From: Cladosporium halotolerans
Taxonomy: Eukaryota
Assembly: GCF_011745625.1 (NCBI RefSeq)
Contig: NW_027191489.1
Span: 62,001 to 126,000 of the forward strand
DNA length: 64,000 bases
Direction: 5' to 3'
The notes under the pieces are model-generated. The model was not told the origin of the DNA, did not search any database, and worked only from the letters and a program-made list of their open reading frames with translations. Both the position numbers and the translations under genes were made by a program. This document shows, piece after piece, positions 24,702 through 37,652 of the stretch. Position 1 is the first letter of the stretch; every line of letters starts with the position of its first letter.

Positions 24702-25944
24702 CTACAAGGGTATTATGCTATCGAGTGAGCCTATGCTTCTTCGCCGTCGTTGTTTCCATTCCGCTCGTCTTGATCCTACAGTGACCTCTTCACCCCAGCT
24801 GTTGTCAGCTTTCAAGTTGCGCAGCATCAGTTTCTCTGAACGCTCCGACTTGCTCTTCTTCGGCTTGATCAGCACGAGAATGAACATTCCGACAACTAGT
24901 AATATGAGCAGAAGTATAATCTTCCTCTTCGTGGTCTTCTTTTGGTAGCCCGTCGCGACGTTCAATTCCTTGTCTGCGGCTTTGACGTGTTCGGCGGTCC
25001 GCTCAACATTGTAATCGATTCTGTCCAGCAGAGACCCTTGGTCGATGACCATCGTCTGAAGGTCCTGGAAAATGTTCGATAGATCGATGACGCCCTGCGC
25101 GATCTTCTCAATTTCTCGCTCTCGCTGTTCGATAGCGGCATCGTGAACACCCGTTCGACGGCGTACTTGCGCTGTCTGTAGCAAAGTAGATTGGGCGCTG
25201 CTACGGTCCAGCTCTGAATCTTGCATTGCAGGGTCGGTGTATGGATTCGCAGCAACGTTGGGTGTGCCTGCTCTGCTGTCCAGACTAGCGCTCATGCCTC
25301 CCAATGACCGCATCTTCTTCAGATACGCAGCCTGCTTCTTGCGGAATGTGGTGCTGACCTCGCTGACACGGCTCGCGAGGGAGATCTTCAGATTGCGCGC
25401 CATCGTCTCGTCTTCCTTGGTGAGCCCTCCACGGTGTTCTTGCGTCCTGGCCTGCTCCTGCACCAGCTTGTCTATGCGCTTGATGGCAGATTGGCAGCTC
25501 GCGAAGCCGCGCGTGACCTCCATAGTCAAATCCTCGATTTCCCGCTCTTCGCGTGCCTTGACACTTTCGTCGTCGAATCCTGGGAGGACGTGCTTGGCGT
25601 GGAGTTGGTCCAGCTTCTTCATGGTGCCAGAAACGTCGGTCAGGCGCGAGGTGATCTCGTCCTGGATATCCAGCCATCGCGGAGGCAGGAGGTCCATCTC
25701 GATGACCGCATCGCCGTCGCCGTCGCCTGCTCCCAGCAAGCCGGCACTCTCGCTGTACGGATCGTTGCCTGCATTTCGACCGGGCTGACTGCGTGACGCA
25801 GGATGATGTGTGTATGACTGACGGTAGGATATGAAGCTGGAGAGGCTGGTGTTAGCAGTGCCCGAGGCGGAGCTGCGCACGGGAGGGCGAAGCGTACAGA
25901 TTGGTCCTATCGCGCCAGGCGCCTAGGTTCAGCGCGGTAGACAT
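24702..25944 (-). CDS. TLG2: Qa-SNARE Tlg2 / syntaxin-16 (intron about 25837-25898)
   Basis: N-peptide WRDRTNL|FISYR, LPPRW, SNARE domain VIDQGSLLDRIDYNVE and a C-terminal TM helix followed by a luminal tail. Confidence 0.93.
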
Positions 25945-26402
25945 GGCAGCGCTGTGATGGGGACTGCCTGCAGGAGCATCATGTGACAGTGCTTCGGGCG
26001 TCCATGTGTCGTGTGAGGTATGTTAGGGTAGCGAGGATGAGGTCAATGGGGTTGCTGCGGCCAAGGCATCATTGCTGGCTGGTGCTAGTGGTGCCTCACT
26101 CCGCGCTGCGACGCCGGACTGCCTGCTAGCTGGCTTCGTTCCAGCCTCAGCACCTCAGCCCGCCCCGTAAGGCATCGAATTCAGGCAGGTCTGGCGGCGT
26201 CAGGGTTCGCGCGCGGGCAGCAGCGATTCTGGATGCCCCCCAAAAGTGACGAGCGACCTCCACTCTCCGCCGCCAGCACACGCCTGTTTGCTCCCAACAC
26301 CCACCACCCTCCCGCCGCCTGCATCACCACACCGTCGCCGCCAGCCCACCGCCCTACGACTCCACTCACACAAACCCCTCGGCGACCACAAACCACCACA
26401 AC

Positions 26403-27192
26403 ATGGTATGCCCTCAGCTCACCGCTCCACCCCACGTCTGGCTCGCGATACCCCGCCCTGCCAGCAAAACAAACCAGCTGTGGGCGAAAGGAGCGCCCGC
26501 GACCGCGCACGCATTGGTACACGGGCAGCGCTGACCGCGGTTGTGCTCGCAGGCCGATTCATTGACTGAGGAGCAAGTCTCCGAGTTCAAGGAGGCTTTC
26601 TCCCTCTTCGTAAGTGTCTGCCTGATTACGCGGCGAGCAAGGCTACGGCGAGGCTGACTCTCTGAAACAGGACAAGGATGGCGATGGTACGCAAAAATCC
26701 GGGAAACACACGCAACATGCAAGAGAGTAAGAAGTGTCTGACAAAACAACCCCACAGGCCAGATCACCACCAAGGAGCTGGGCACCGTGATGCGCTCGCT
26801 GGGCCAGAACCCCTCCGAGTCCGAGCTGCAGGACATGATCAACGAGGTCGACGCCGACAACAACGGCACCATCGACTTCCCCGAATTCCTGACCATGATG
26901 GCGCGCAAGATGAAGGACACCGACTCCGAGGAGGAGATCCGCGAGGCCTTCAAGGTCTTCGACCGCGACAACAACGGCTTCATCTCCGCCGCTGAGCTCA
27001 GACACGTCATGACCAGCATTGGCGAGAAGCTCACCGACGACGAGGTCGATGAGATGATCCGCGAGGCTGACCAGGACGGTGATGGAAGGATCGACTGTAT
27101 GTGGAGAGCACGAGATCGCTCTATTTCCATCTTCACTTGCTGAGATCTTACACACAGACAACGAGTTCGTGCAGCTCATGATGCAGAAGTAG
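26403..27192 (+). CDS. CMD1: Calmodulin (5 exons; first exon is only the ATG)
   Basis: Exons ATG | [19 protein letters not shown] | DKDGD | GQITTKELG...DGRID | [11 protein letters not shown], giving four EF-hands with canonical GT-AG introns. Confidence 0.98.
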
Positions 27193-28153
27193 CGCACTTG
27201 CGCCACATCTGCTTCGCCACGAAAAGTGATGACCCTCCATGCACGGCCACCTCGTCTACAGGATCATCCCACCATCTTGGCTGGAAATCAAAAAGCGAGC
27301 GAAACGACCTATGGAAGTCCCCTAGACGAATCCCTTTTCCCACACATGCGGTATCCACGGATCTGATCTCTGTTCCCCCTGCAAGACAGTTAGGCGAGCC
27401 TCGCCTGATCGGGGCCCGGTCATGAGCGTTAGCAAGGAATGGATTTATTTTGTTTCTTCCTGCCCTGCATTTCCTTGATTTTAGTCTACCTTGAGGATCC
27501 CAATCGAGGGGAAATGGAATATCATGCGAGATGACTAGTTGTGCTCACGTTTCACCCATAGCGACTGAGTCATCGCCCTCTTGCTTGCGTTGATCGTATC
27601 TTTCATCTATCATCATTACCGTAAAATGCGACAGTTCGATGTCTACCATTCTATATCTGCGCCTAGACTCGCAAGACCCAAGCTAAGCAACGGACCGGTG
27701 AAAGGCGAACCGGACCCTTGCTCTTGGGCTGGGCAGCTTTGCATAACAACATGCATGTCATATATGGACCCCTTCGCGCCCGTATACAGGAAAAGGCTCT
27801 GAACAAGGGTTGTGAACACTTCTCCGCCGATACCTTGTAGTGTTGATAGCTTGCCCTGGCTCGGCAATGACTGCGGCAGTTGGAAGAAATTCAACTCTCA
27901 GCAGGTCTCCCCAGCCTGGACCCAACGCTTGGCGTCAGACAAGCTGTACCGCAGCGGGTGTCGCTGTTTGTTTCGCAGGGATACCAGGACAAGAACGGTG
28001 GTTGATCACGAGACTAAAGTACTTGCATAACTCAAATCTCAATACGTTTTTCCATTTTTCAAATCTACAGGGTATCGCCGACTCTATTATATCCAAATCC
28101 AAACCTCCCGACTCGCAAAATCTTTGAGGTACCTACCTGACACTCATCTCTAC

Positions 28154-29791
28154 TTACCAAGCAGTGATATCATCCACCTCGGCCTCACCAAACGTGCTCT
28201 CCTTCGCCTGCTCGACCTTCTTCGCGGCCGGCGGCCAATTGACCGGCTCGCGCGCCATGATATCCGGCAACGCCTTGTGCAAGAAATCGAGCAAGAACCG
28301 GTTCACCTGCCTGAACTCGAGCAGGAACGCGTCGTGGCCCTCAGGCGAGTCGATGACCTTCAGCTCCGCGCCCGGGATGCTCGCCGCGAGCTCCTGCTGC
28401 TCGGCGAAGGTGAACAGGCCGTCGGACTGGATGCCGAGCACGAGCGTGGGCTGCTTGATCAGGGCGAGGGCGGCGTGCACGGCGGCGTCCGGGTTGGCGT
28501 GCGCGGGGTCGTCGTCGGTGCGCTGCCGCGAGACGTCGTGGGTGTCGAGCTTGCGCGTGATGGCGATGTAGCAGTTTGCGTCGAAGCGCTTGATGAACTT
28601 CTCGCCCTGGTAGCGGAGGTAGGACTGCGCGGAGTAGTAGGTGGAGATGGGCTTGTTCTTGCGCGCGGAGGGGCGGACGGGCACGGGCACCTCGGTGCTG
28701 CCGGAGAACTGCGGGTCGGTGATGTTGACTGTGGACGGGGCGGGGATGGAAACGGAGTCGAGGGAGGCGTTGCTGCTGGTGCGGCCAGGCAGGCGGGGAG
28801 AGCCGGCGTTGCGGTGGCCTTCGTTGTGGATAGCGAAGTGCTCGTTGCCGGGCGTGGAAGCAGGCGCGGCGCCGTTGATGTTTTGGCGGCGCGAGGGGTC
28901 GGGCGTGTTGCGGCCAAAGCGGGCTTCGAAGGAGTCGCGGCTGCGGTAGGTGAGGAGGGCAGACATGCGCGCGGCCCCTAGGCCGGTGGTCGGAGGGTCG
29001 TCGCGCGTGTAGTAGCCGTCGTCGTACTTGGGGTCTGAGTAAATGCTCTGGCGCTGAGCCTCGCCCCATGAGATGCCCCAGGCGGAGTAGCGGGCTGAGG
29101 TCGCGATCGGAATGATTGTGCGGACGTAGTCTGCGCCGAAGTAGGCGAACTCCAGAACCAGCATGCCACCCATGGAACCTCCGACTACCGCGGCGATTTG
29201 CTTGACACCCAGATCGTCGAGGAGCAGCTTGAAGAGGTTGACGTCGTCGCGGACGGTTGTGAGCGGGAACTCAGGTCCGTACTGTTCATTGCCGGGTATG
29301 CCGTCTTTCGCCGTCACCGGACTGGCGCTGCCGTAAGGGCTTCCCGGGCTGTTCACGCAGACTATGAAGAATCGGCTCATGTCAAATGCTCTTGCTTCCT
29401 TTCCGGGCTCGCCCGGTCCTCCCATCAATGGACCCCACCAGTCTCCTACATCCGCGCTTCCCGTCAAGGCGTGGCATATCACCATTGCATTATCGGCGGC
29501 AGGCGACAAGGTGCCGTAGGTTTTGTAGGCAACCGGAACATTTCTGAGGGTTACGCCAGACTCGAGGACGAATTCGGGAACGACGGCGATTTCTTGGTCG
29601 GGGATCAATTGGACATAGGGATTCTCGATTTGTTCTTCGGGCTTGATTCTCCCTGTCACATATGTGTAAGCTCATGCACAGCGGACTTCGTTGTTTTCGC
29701 TGCCCGTTTCGAGCAGACGGACGCGGGGTCGCATACTGTAGCGGCCGCTATCGGCCTTGGGCAGAGAGCCATTGGTGGTCTCAGTGGACAT
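28154..29791 (-). CDS. MET2: Homoserine O-acetyltransferase (coding intron about 29653-29736)
   Basis: CHALTGS, GGSMGGM nucleophile elbow, GLGAARM..LLTYRS, RFDANCY, SDGLF and EGHDAFLLE. First exon MSTETTNGSLPKADSGRY joins in frame. Confidence 0.95.
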
Positions 29792-29826
29792 GGTCGGTAT
29801 CAGACAGGTACAGTGCTACGGGAGGA

Positions 29827-29880
29827 CTGTGGAAGAGGGTTAGCCGTCGTGAAGGCATGACAATGGCTGAAGCAACATAC
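29827..29880 (-). other. Putative 5'-UTR intron of MET2
   Basis: On the minus strand: GTATGT donor, GCTAAC branch site and CCTCTTCCACAG acceptor, 54 nt long, ending 35 nt before the ATG. Confidence 0.6.
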
Positions 29881-30779
29881 CGAGGCACTTTTTTTCCGAT
29901 GAGTCGAGTGGGATGGGATGACGCTGTCAGCAGCAAGCACGCAAGCATGAAAGTGTGGGGTTGCCGTCGGCGGGAGGGCGCGTTTTGTGTAGGGCTCCTT
30001 CATCGTCGCGGTCGCACCGTCGGCGAAGGAAGCGGTTTCTCCCTATACCTACCTCACCACACGCACGCTGGGCTCGAGGATGGTCGACTGGCTCAGATTG
30101 CCTCGGTGCCGCTGAAGTTATCATGTTGAGCGCCTCATCAGTCCGGGCACAGAAGGGCCTGAGGCTGCACGCGAGACAGGAAGACCCGCAGTCGCGGAAA
30201 AGCGCACCTCACCGTCGCCCTCTGCGACGACGCTCCCGCACTCGCTCCGCCCCGCCGTCTTCACGGCCAATTCACACTGCTCAGAGGTCGTCGTTCTTGT
30301 CATCAGCGGCTTGACGGATAACTTCGGATGACGCTCCGGTTGCTCGCTGTCGCGACTGTTCTAGAAGCTCCAGGCGCCCGCGGGCCGCAGTCGTCTCCGC
30401 AGCATCTGTCCGGCCGACCGTCTGTTCTATCGGTCGTTTCCATGACTGGCAGACATGGGTTGCAGGCCATCATGGCAACAAAGGTTTGCTGCGTTCTTAA
30501 TCGGTGCCGTCGAGCGTTGTGCAAACGTTTCGGAGCATATGCCCGACTCCTAACAAACCGCCATGATAACGAAATGGCATTCTGACAAGCTCCGACCACC
30601 GGATCACCCATGCGACCCGCGGAGGCATGTCGCGGCGGCCTCGGGCCGGCAGACCCACAAGTACCGTGCCTCTTCAACAGAGGGTGGCGATTCAGCGTGC
30701 GACCAATCTCTCGCTGACATTTGCTTGCAACTGACGGTCCTGCAATAGCCCTCATGCTGCACTGGCTAACGCCTCCGCC

Positions 30780-33700
30780 ATGGCGTTGACGTGCGAGCAA
30801 TCCGCCGCCATAGCGGATCGTCAGCGGGTTTGGGAAGTTCGCCGCTTTTGCCAGGCGAGGTACGCACATTGGCAGCCTGCGCCCGGCGAGGATGTCGACG
30901 ACCTATCCAGGCCATCCGAGCAGGATGGTGCTCTTTCAGCCATGCTCCGCTGTTTGCTACACGAGCTTGATGGAGATGTTGCCGCAATATCGCTTCTCGA
31001 CGAGGATACGCAGCATTTCATTTCCATCGTCCACAGATCAACGATGCACCAGCCAGCCATAGGAGCTGCGGAGTGGTACGGTTGCGCGCAGGTTGACCAC
31101 CGGGGAGGCATTTGCGAGAAGACTATTACCATGGAAACGACTTCTGGAAAACATCCTGTTTACGAGGTTCTCGACCTTTCCACAGATGAAACCACCAAGT
31201 CCTTATCCATTGTGGACGGCACAGTAGCCAAATTTCGGCACTACGCGGGCGTGCCCATCTCTGCACCCAACGGGATGAAGATTGGCACTGTGTTTGTATT
31301 TTCAAACCAAGTCAAGGAAGATCCCTTGCCGCCAAATCAATCCCGATTCATGTGCGACACCACTCGTCATGTCACACTTCAACTCGTTCAAACCCTTCAA
31401 GCTTTGGAGAACCAGCGATCTCTACGCAGCAACTCGGCAGTGTCTTCTATGCTGAACGCCCGAGTTCCAGGAAGGACCAATAATTTGGCTCAGACGCTCG
31501 AGGGGATCACAACACCAACATCAAATACTTCTCTCATGACCGACATTTACCAGTCGGCTGCAAAACTACTACAACAAGGCTTCGAATTTGATGGCGTACT
31601 GATACAAGAGCTACCGGTGTTCAACGCCGCTTCAAAGGTCCAAAGACCACCAAAAGATAAAGTACTCGCTAGACACAGCAGCCCGAATGTCCAGTTGCCA
31701 GGGCCCGTGAAGGATCATATCGCCGAACAGCTCCTGGAAGAATTCCCGCTGGGCGCTGTTGTGCATTTGTTATCCGATCATGAGGGCGGAACGTTCCTCG
31801 CTTCTTACCAGGGAAGTCCTTCGAGAGGGGAAATACGGCTGGAACTTTGCGAGCAATTTCCCCAAGCTGAGCAGTTCTTGTTCATGCCCCTCAGAGACAG
31901 CTTTCACGATCGAGATGTCGCCTTCATCCTTGGGTATGCGTCTAAATCTCCCAGGGTGTTTTCCGGTAACACAGATTTACCCTCCTTGTACTCTTTCAGC
32001 ATGGCCATCATGACCCAGGTTCGACGTCTCGAAGCTCAGATCCTGTCGAGAAACAAGTCAGACTTTCTTGGCTCCATGTCGCACGAGATGCGGAGCCCAC
32101 TGCATGGGATACTTGCTTGCATCGAATTGCTGCAACAGACAGACTGCATTGCACACCAAGTCGATTTGCTCGAAAGTGCAGAGGCCTGCGGGCTTCAGCT
32201 TCGCGAGAACATCGACAATATCCTTCTTTATTCGAACATTGGATCACCCACTCCGAACTCCGAGAAGCCAGATCACACAAACTTTGAGGATCATCCAGAT
32301 GACACGAGCGGGAAGGATACAATGCTGGCTCTAGTTCAGGACACTATTTGCAGAAGTGACAGGAAGTGGAAGAGCACAAAGCCTGCCAACGGACACGAAA
32401 GCGGACTCTGGAAGCCGGACAATCGCAAGTCGACCAATCGATCGATTGATCCGACTCTTCACACCATCATCACTGTAGACGCAAACCCACGGGCGAATTT
32501 TCCTCTCCTGCGCTACTCGGGAATTGGAGTCATAATAAACAACTTGTTGGTTCGTATTCTGATATTCATTTCGAGAGGAATTCTTGCTGATTTCTTCAGG
32601 GTAATTGCATCAAATTTACACGACCGGACGGGTGCATTCGAGTCAGTCTGGACACCAAAGAGGACACCGTAAACCTCCGATTCGTGGATTCTGGACGCGG
32701 CATGTCCCCCGACTACGTCAAGAACTCACTTTTAGTACCCTTTGCGCAACAGAACCCTTTGGACACGGGCACTGGGCTTGGATTAGCACTCGTCCAGAAC
32801 GCTGTTCTATCACTTGATGGAGAAACGAGCATTGACACCGACGAGTCAAAAGGCACGGAAGTTCACGTTTCGCTTCCTTGGAACCGCCTCGCCGTCCGTG
32901 CGTGTAACGCCAATGGAGATGCAGACTGCCAGAATCCTCACGAGTACAAACAAGATCTGTCATCGCTGAGCGTGCGGCTTCTGACTCCATCGAGATGGCA
33001 ACATTCGGAAAGCGTGCGCCATCAGCGATCTCTCGAAACACTTACCACTTCTCTGGCACGAACGTTTCGAACCTGGATGAACCTGGAGTTCAAAATCTGG
33101 GAACCATCTGACGTTTTGCCCCAGGTCATGGTGGTCCTCAGCACCGACCTTGATCTCCTGAAAGATGCGGCCGGCGAAAGCTTCGGCAGCATACAGAAAA
33201 TCATACTCTGCCCAGATCAGCAAGCAGAAGAGACGATCGAAGCGTTAAACCCAGCTCCCTTCACCACAATCGCCGGTCCGATTACTCCCTATAAGGCGTG
33301 CGCTGCAGTCTCTCTATGCAAAGACAATATTCAGGATGGGCCAGAGGCCGAAGCAGACTCCTTTTGCGACCAACCGATCACTCAAATCCGCCAGCCCACG
33401 GACGAAAATCAACGTCGGGCTTCATCAATAACCTCACTCGCAATCCAACCCGACACGGACCGTGAATCAAGATCCAATCACCTCAGTACGCGAACCTCCC
33501 TCTCTATTCCCTACCGAAGTCGCTCCCGCCAACGCCATGCCGAACCGCCAGCCGAGCCGCGCTTCCTCTTGGTCGACGATAACGCCATCAACCTCAAAGT
33601 TGTCAGCATGTACGCGAAGAAGTGCAGTAAGCAGCCCTCTACTTCAGCCGGTGGCGGGCAGGAAGCGATCGACGCTTTCAAGACCGGCGACGGCTTCGAC

Positions 33701-33958
33701 ATCATCCTGCTCGATCTCTCCATGCCCGAAGTCTCGGGTTTCGACGTCGCGGCCGCAGTGCGCAAGTTAGAGGAGAGCGAGGGTTACGCGCGGCCGCGCA
33801 CGTACATTGCTGCGCTGACCGGGCTGGTCAGCGATAAGGATCGTGACGCCGCGTTTGCGGCAGGCGTGGATGAGTACGTGACCAAGCCGGCCACGCTGAA
33901 GGATCTGCAGCATGTTGTTGCGAATTGGCGAGGGGCGAAGGAAATGCCGCCTCGATGA
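30780..33958 (+). CDS. Hybrid sensor histidine kinase (GAF - HisKA - HATPase - receiver; intron about 32550-32599)
   Basis: GAF-like RHYAGVPI..PNG..IG, H-box SMSHEMRSPLHGI, NLL|GNCIKFT, DSGRGM, GTGLGLA and receiver LLVDDN...LDLSMP...TKP. Confidence 0.93.
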
Positions 33959-34786
33959 CGCTTACTTCAAAGATAGCCGGTTGGCTAAGTCATGACTATT
34001 TATACGCTTCCGACGGTATTCCCTGATGAAAGGGAGCCGTGTGCGAAGAACCGGGGACCAAGCGCAGAGGTGCGCGTTTCACAATTATGTGTCCGCGACC
34101 TCAATCGTTGTCAACACCCCATATCGCGAAGAGGCAAAGGGTTACATATTCTGACGAAAGATGGCTTGCCGAGGTCACGCGACCACGAATAATGAAAAAC
34201 AACGGGGCGACACATTCTTGCTAGCTGATGGGTGCCGGCATAGGAACGAGTCGAGAAACATAAGCTACAGCTACACGATTCGCTCTCAGCTTTTTCTGAG
34301 AGAGATACAATGCCACAACTCGCTTCGTCTTCGTCACAAATGTCTTCTGACTCGAGCTATCAAACATCTGTCTCGATGAATCCTAAGCTAAGCGTGGCGT
34401 GGAGAAGCTCTGGCACAGCGGACTTCGCAACCATATCAGGCAAGCGGGGCCACTCACGTGCCTGTCAAGAGCACAGCTCCTCACTACGTAGCTTATCACC
34501 TTCATTATCTCTGATAGGGCGTGGCCTATCAAGTTCGTGAAGTGCTATTGGGCGCGCACGACATGTAGCTATACCCTGCTGCGCTCAGTTAGGAATGGTT
34601 GTCCTTTGCCACGACGCGGGGTTGGTAGCATGCGAAGGTATCGCACGGCGGTATCTTAAGGTATTCTCTTGCTCTGCGGTATCTGTGTTGCCTCTTATGT
34701 TGCCTACTATTTAGAGCAAACACGGCGATACGATCCAGACGCTTTTTCGCAGCACGAAATCAGCGGTACGGGCGAGGTTGCACAGC

Positions 34787-36343
34787 ATGTTGCCGTTCGT
34801 CCTGATCGCTTTGGGGGCCCTGTTCTTCATTTCGGTCGGCGTGGCCCTCACCTTGGACAGCAAACAGCGAGAAGTTGTTTTGAAGCGATTCGAAATCCGA
34901 CGCCGACGAGCAACAGGCTCACTGACGCCACCACGATCTCTTTCGCCCGAGAAGCAGGGTTCATCAACGAAAAAGGCTCCCACCGGGCCAGACTTCAGCG
35001 ACGCCTTCCCGCCGAGTCGCAGAGAGGCTTTAGCTGACCTACCTTCCGACGCATTGAAAGGACCTGGTAAATCGGCGAAGGAACTATCCCAAGTCCCGCC
35101 AGACTACAGCAAGAGGTTGCCCAGCGAGAACGCCTGGGATCCCGAGACTCAAGCGGGACATGCCACCGCAACCGGATTCACTCTTGAGGAGATTAGGCGA
35201 TTGGGCGACTTTCCAGACTACGCAGCGCTCAGTGGCGTGCCCCTGCCGGCCGAATACAAGGGCTTTGATATTACCAAAGCGAAGCCTAGACCTTTCCGTC
35301 CCCTAAGATGGGCCTACCATCAGACAATGTGTAAGCCGCATAAGAAACATCAAACGTGTGGCGCAGCCCGACCATGCTGACGGGCGGAAATAGCGCTGAC
35401 CAAACTCGAGACGGATTGGTGGCTCGAGCTCGAGAGCAGCTACGTCGAGCGCATTGCGCAGCGTCAAGCCCTATACCAACAGGACGGGCCCATGGTCCTA
35501 CAGCAGCTGCCGGGCGCCGAGCTGGCGGCCAAGGAGCTCATGGAGATGAGCCTCGAGTTCCTCTGCGCGCGCTACCCGCACTACTTCCGGCTGGACAAAC
35601 GCGCAATGCGCTTCTACAACAGCATCCTCAACACCACCACAGACCTCCGCGCCACGCCGCCCCTCCACGTGCTGCTGGACAACGTGCCGGAGGACTTCGC
35701 GTGCATGCTGCGCGACCCGGCCACGGGCCTGTACAGCTTCCGCGCGGGCGTGATCTGCTCGAGCCTGGGGTGGAACGTGGGCAGCAAGATCGGGCTGCGG
35801 CTGGACGAGATCCACGCGCCGATCCCGGACTACGCGGCCAAGATGCAGTTCTCGATGGACCGCTACTTCAGCAAGAAGCCGACGGACAAGCCCATCCAGC
35901 GCGGCTCGTGGGGGCTCGAGATCGACGAGCCGCTGTTCATGCCGCCGGGCGCGGCGCACGAGGCGCTGCGCGAGACGCAGGACCCCTCGCACACGCTGGA
36001 GCGCTGCCACTTCCGCGTCGACTGGCAGACGCTGCGGCGGCTGCCGCTCTCGGGCGCGGTGGTGTTCAACTTCAAGGCGCTGTTCACGCCCGTGGCGGAG
36101 TTCAGGGACGAGCCGTACGTGCCGGCGCTGCTGCTGAAAGTGCTGCGCGAAGGCAAGCGCAGCCTGATGGAGTACAAGAACACATGGCACACGGAGCACG
36201 TGGTGGTGCCGGCGCTGGAGCGGTTCGCGAGCGAGCAGGTGGCGGCTGGCTTGGTGGAGGAGGATTGGGAGCCGCACACGCTGGCCGAGTCGCCCTTCTT
36301 CCCCGGGTGGAGGGAAAAGTGGGGGCGCCAACAGGGCGTCTGA
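34787..36343 (+). CDS. DUF3445 / heme-dependent oxidative N-demethylase alpha-subunit-like protein with N-terminal membrane anchor (intron about 35330-35393)
   Basis: PRPFRPLRWAYHQTM|ALTKL...WLEL, RYPHYF, EDF, KIG..L.EIHAPIP, IQRGSWG and RVDWQTLRRLP.SGAVVF motifs typical of the fungal DUF3445 family. Confidence 0.82.
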
Positions 36344-37652
36344 TGGCATCGAGGGTTGGCACAGGGGAGTGGTCAGGCCACGGCGGGGCGCTGCTGTCAG
36401 GCCAGGCGTGCGTGGGGTTGCGAGACTGTTTGATGTGAATAGAAGTACCTACACTCACCGATATGTCTAGCTATTGCACGCCGAGAGTCTGACGCGGCTG
36501 TGAAGTGCTGGGCAAAGTCTTATTGCATGTGTACACGGTGCAATCTAACGGTGAGCACATGGCGCGATGCCCGCGTGAGACTTCCAGACGAGCCGATCGT
36601 GTGTTCAACGGCTCGCGCGGCTGAAAGAGCTGCGCTGTATGCTGTGGGGGCGTCATACGTGATTGCGCTCTCGTATCTTGCCGAACGCCATGTCTCTCCT
36701 AAACAATAGCGCCGGGCCGGGAGATGGGGATGGGAGGTCGTGGCGTTCATCTCCACACGCCCAGTGCGCAGCCCCAAAGGCGAAGCGATCGGCGGCGCCG
36801 CCTTAGGTGGTACAAGCAAATCGGCAAGGCTTGTGCCGAATCTTGGTCGGCGTGCATCATGCGCTTTAATTAGAGCTGCAGCTGGCCCAGCCATTCGCCC
36901 ACCACCGCGCGCAGCCCGCCGTGCCCGCCTCCGTCCCCGCCGCCGTCGTGGATGCCGTCCCCAGCCTCCGCCAGCCACTGACACCTTACATTAATATATG
37001 CGTATGTCAAGTAGATGCCTCCGTGGCACATTCAGACCTGCTCAACAACATGTCCCGCGTGCTGCGCGTCTCCTTGCGCAATGTCGATCAATCAAACTAA
37101 CCGGCCACTGATACCGCCGCAGGAGCATTCAGCCTCTCGCTACCGCACAATCCCTCTGTCAGCCCAGGGTCAGATGTCAGCAATGCCTGTCCATACATAG
37201 CCCAATGCAGGACTCCGCCTCGCTTGTTGATCGGGACCCTATCATAGCCTCCCGCTCTTAATGTCCGACCTGCAGCCTTAGCGTTTGATGCGCCAAGGGC
37301 GAGCAGGGCCGCCTGCCCTGCTGATGCATAGCGACTAAGCCCTCGTGCATTTCCAAAAGTAACCGCTAACTTGCCTGACCGGGCCTTGGTGCGCCATGAT
37401 CGGCCTGCTATCGAAAGCATGATGGGTCTTGGTGCCGGTATAAGAGTCTCCAAGCTCCGCCTTGGGAGACTATGCTTTCTGCAGCAAACGGTCTTCCAAA
37501 ACAACTTACCTGCCTCTTCGTCGCTGCTTTCCATCGTGCTCCGCTCGCTTCAGAACACTATCGTTTGATACCTGACACCTGAGGTCAACTGTACCATAAT
37601 CCGCCCGGGCATTTCCTAAGACATCTCCCCGCCACCGCCAACAATACCCACA

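Noticed and set aside
27581..28127. Short ORFs and a possible hairpin (CCGGT...ACCGG near 27695-27713) between calmodulin and MET2
   Set aside because: No ncRNA signature or coding bias recognised; consistent with convergent 3' regions.
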